Shown piece after piece: positions 62,796-64,000 of a stretch of 64,000 nt of DNA. The notes beneath the pieces were generated by a model, which saw only the letters and a list, made by a program, of their open reading frames with translations, was not told the origin of the DNA and ran no database searches. The stretch covers positions 23,374,795-23,438,794 of the forward strand of contig MU054187.1 in NCBI GenBank assembly GCA_013239625.1, given 5' to 3'. This DNA is from Lama guanicoe. Lineage: Eukaryota. The number at the start of each line of letters is the position of its first letter. Position 1 is the stretch's first letter. The position numbers and the translations under genes are program-made.

Positions 62796-64000
62796 CTAGT
62801 GACACACTCATGGGGTAACTAACTTCAAAGGGTGACAGTGTGTCAAACTGGGTTGACGTTATGCCCATTCAGTACATTTTAGAAAAGAATTAAAATATGC
62901 AAACATTATCGCTCACCTCAGTAAATGATATTCACGTTTCTAGAGTGTGCTAAGTGTGTTAATAGGTCCTCAGTGCCCCATCTGGATTTTCCTTTTTCCA
63001 TGATGTGTTATTTTGGTCCTTGATTGGAAGATCAAGGTAATTGTACATTTTAATGTTAAATGAGCAAATAATTCATACATATATTTTAAAAAACAATTCT
63101 ACTGGGTTATGTTTCTAGCTTTTTTTTTTCCTCAGATAATAAAAACAAGGGAGATTCATTCCTGGATTTAGCCTGATATTTATGTTACACATCCATAACA
63201 GCCTTAGAAAAATAAAGGTTATCCTTTGCTTAAAAGCCTTCTACAAGTAAAAATAAACTATAGTGTTAGTTGGCTCAAGCTTGTAGGTTTTTATATGCTG
63301 ACATGTTCCAAAAGTAAAACTCTCATCTGTGAATATTCCTTTAGACTTTTTGAGAAAGATCTCCAAATTTCCAGGGATTTCAAAGACTTAACACAAACAG
63401 TTCTCTGTCCCTCTAGTCTACTGTTTATTACTTCAGACAATTAAAGCCCTGTAATTGTCTGTTACTCTGTTTCAGAGATCCTCTGTTGTCTGTGGATTAA
63501 AATTTATACCTTTAATTTCTTGGTGCACAGATGCATCTTGATTTTTGCATAAGAGAACACATTTTACTTTATTCTCAATGTGCCTTCTTAATACTCCTGA
63601 AAATTCAGATGACTTTTTGGGTCTATTGATACATATTAGATGTGCTTTTTCAGGAAATACTTGTTCAGAACTTGATTACATGCAGCTACTTGATATTCTA
63701 AGAAAAAATAATTTATTAAAATATTAAATATGAAAATGCTTATCTTTACTCTTGTTTTCACTCTGTGAGTCAGTTCTCTATTCGTGGCCACACTTTACTA
63801 TAGTCCAATCATTAAAAGAAAAAGAAGGAGGAAAAAATCCTTCAATGGGGTTCTGCCAAAAAACTATTGATATCAAAATTAACTCCTTTGATTACATTTA
63901 CCTAGATAGTCATGATAAATGACTTTTAATCAATAAAATTAATTTCCAAAAAATTTTCCAAAAAGTAATTTTGGTTTTTGTCAAGTGGTGATGAAATCAA

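Noticed and set aside
639..63727. Short ORFs in the six-frame track as host genes
   Set aside because: None resembles a known protein except L1 ORF2 pieces; many lie in repeats or low-complexity DNA, and I found no consistent exon structure.

Overview
Mammalian, almost certainly camelid (alpaca/llama/camel lineage), non-coding DNA. The assignment rests on a Vic-1-type tRNA-derived SINE and camelid-type young L1 3' ends. I find no host protein-coding exon, RNA gene or CRISPR array. The only recognisable ORFs are decayed LINE-1 ORF2 fragments. A large part of the window is transposon fossil: MIR, L2, L1 of several ages, a near-complete HAL1, several ERV1 solo LTRs, a two-LTR MLT1 MaLR, a 3.4 kb ERVL gag-pol remnant, and MER63/MER82/MER5/FordPrefect-type DNA transposons. 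Repeat-free islands between them carry motif clusters (POU, MEIS/PBX-HOX, MYB, SOX) suggesting enhancers in a gene desert or large intron. The most unusual observations are insertion mechanics: (1) two different ERV1 LTRs head-to-head with one 4-bp target site present three times; (2) a 700-bp block containing ancient L2 inside a younger L1 with no TSD; (3) a TSD-flanked short retrocopy inside a MER21 LTR; (4) fold-back or target-copying junctions on young retroposons. I see no evidence of a novel gene-encoded system. Repeat family names come from remembered consensus sequences and need RepeatMasker/Dfam confirmation; boundaries of old elements are approximate.
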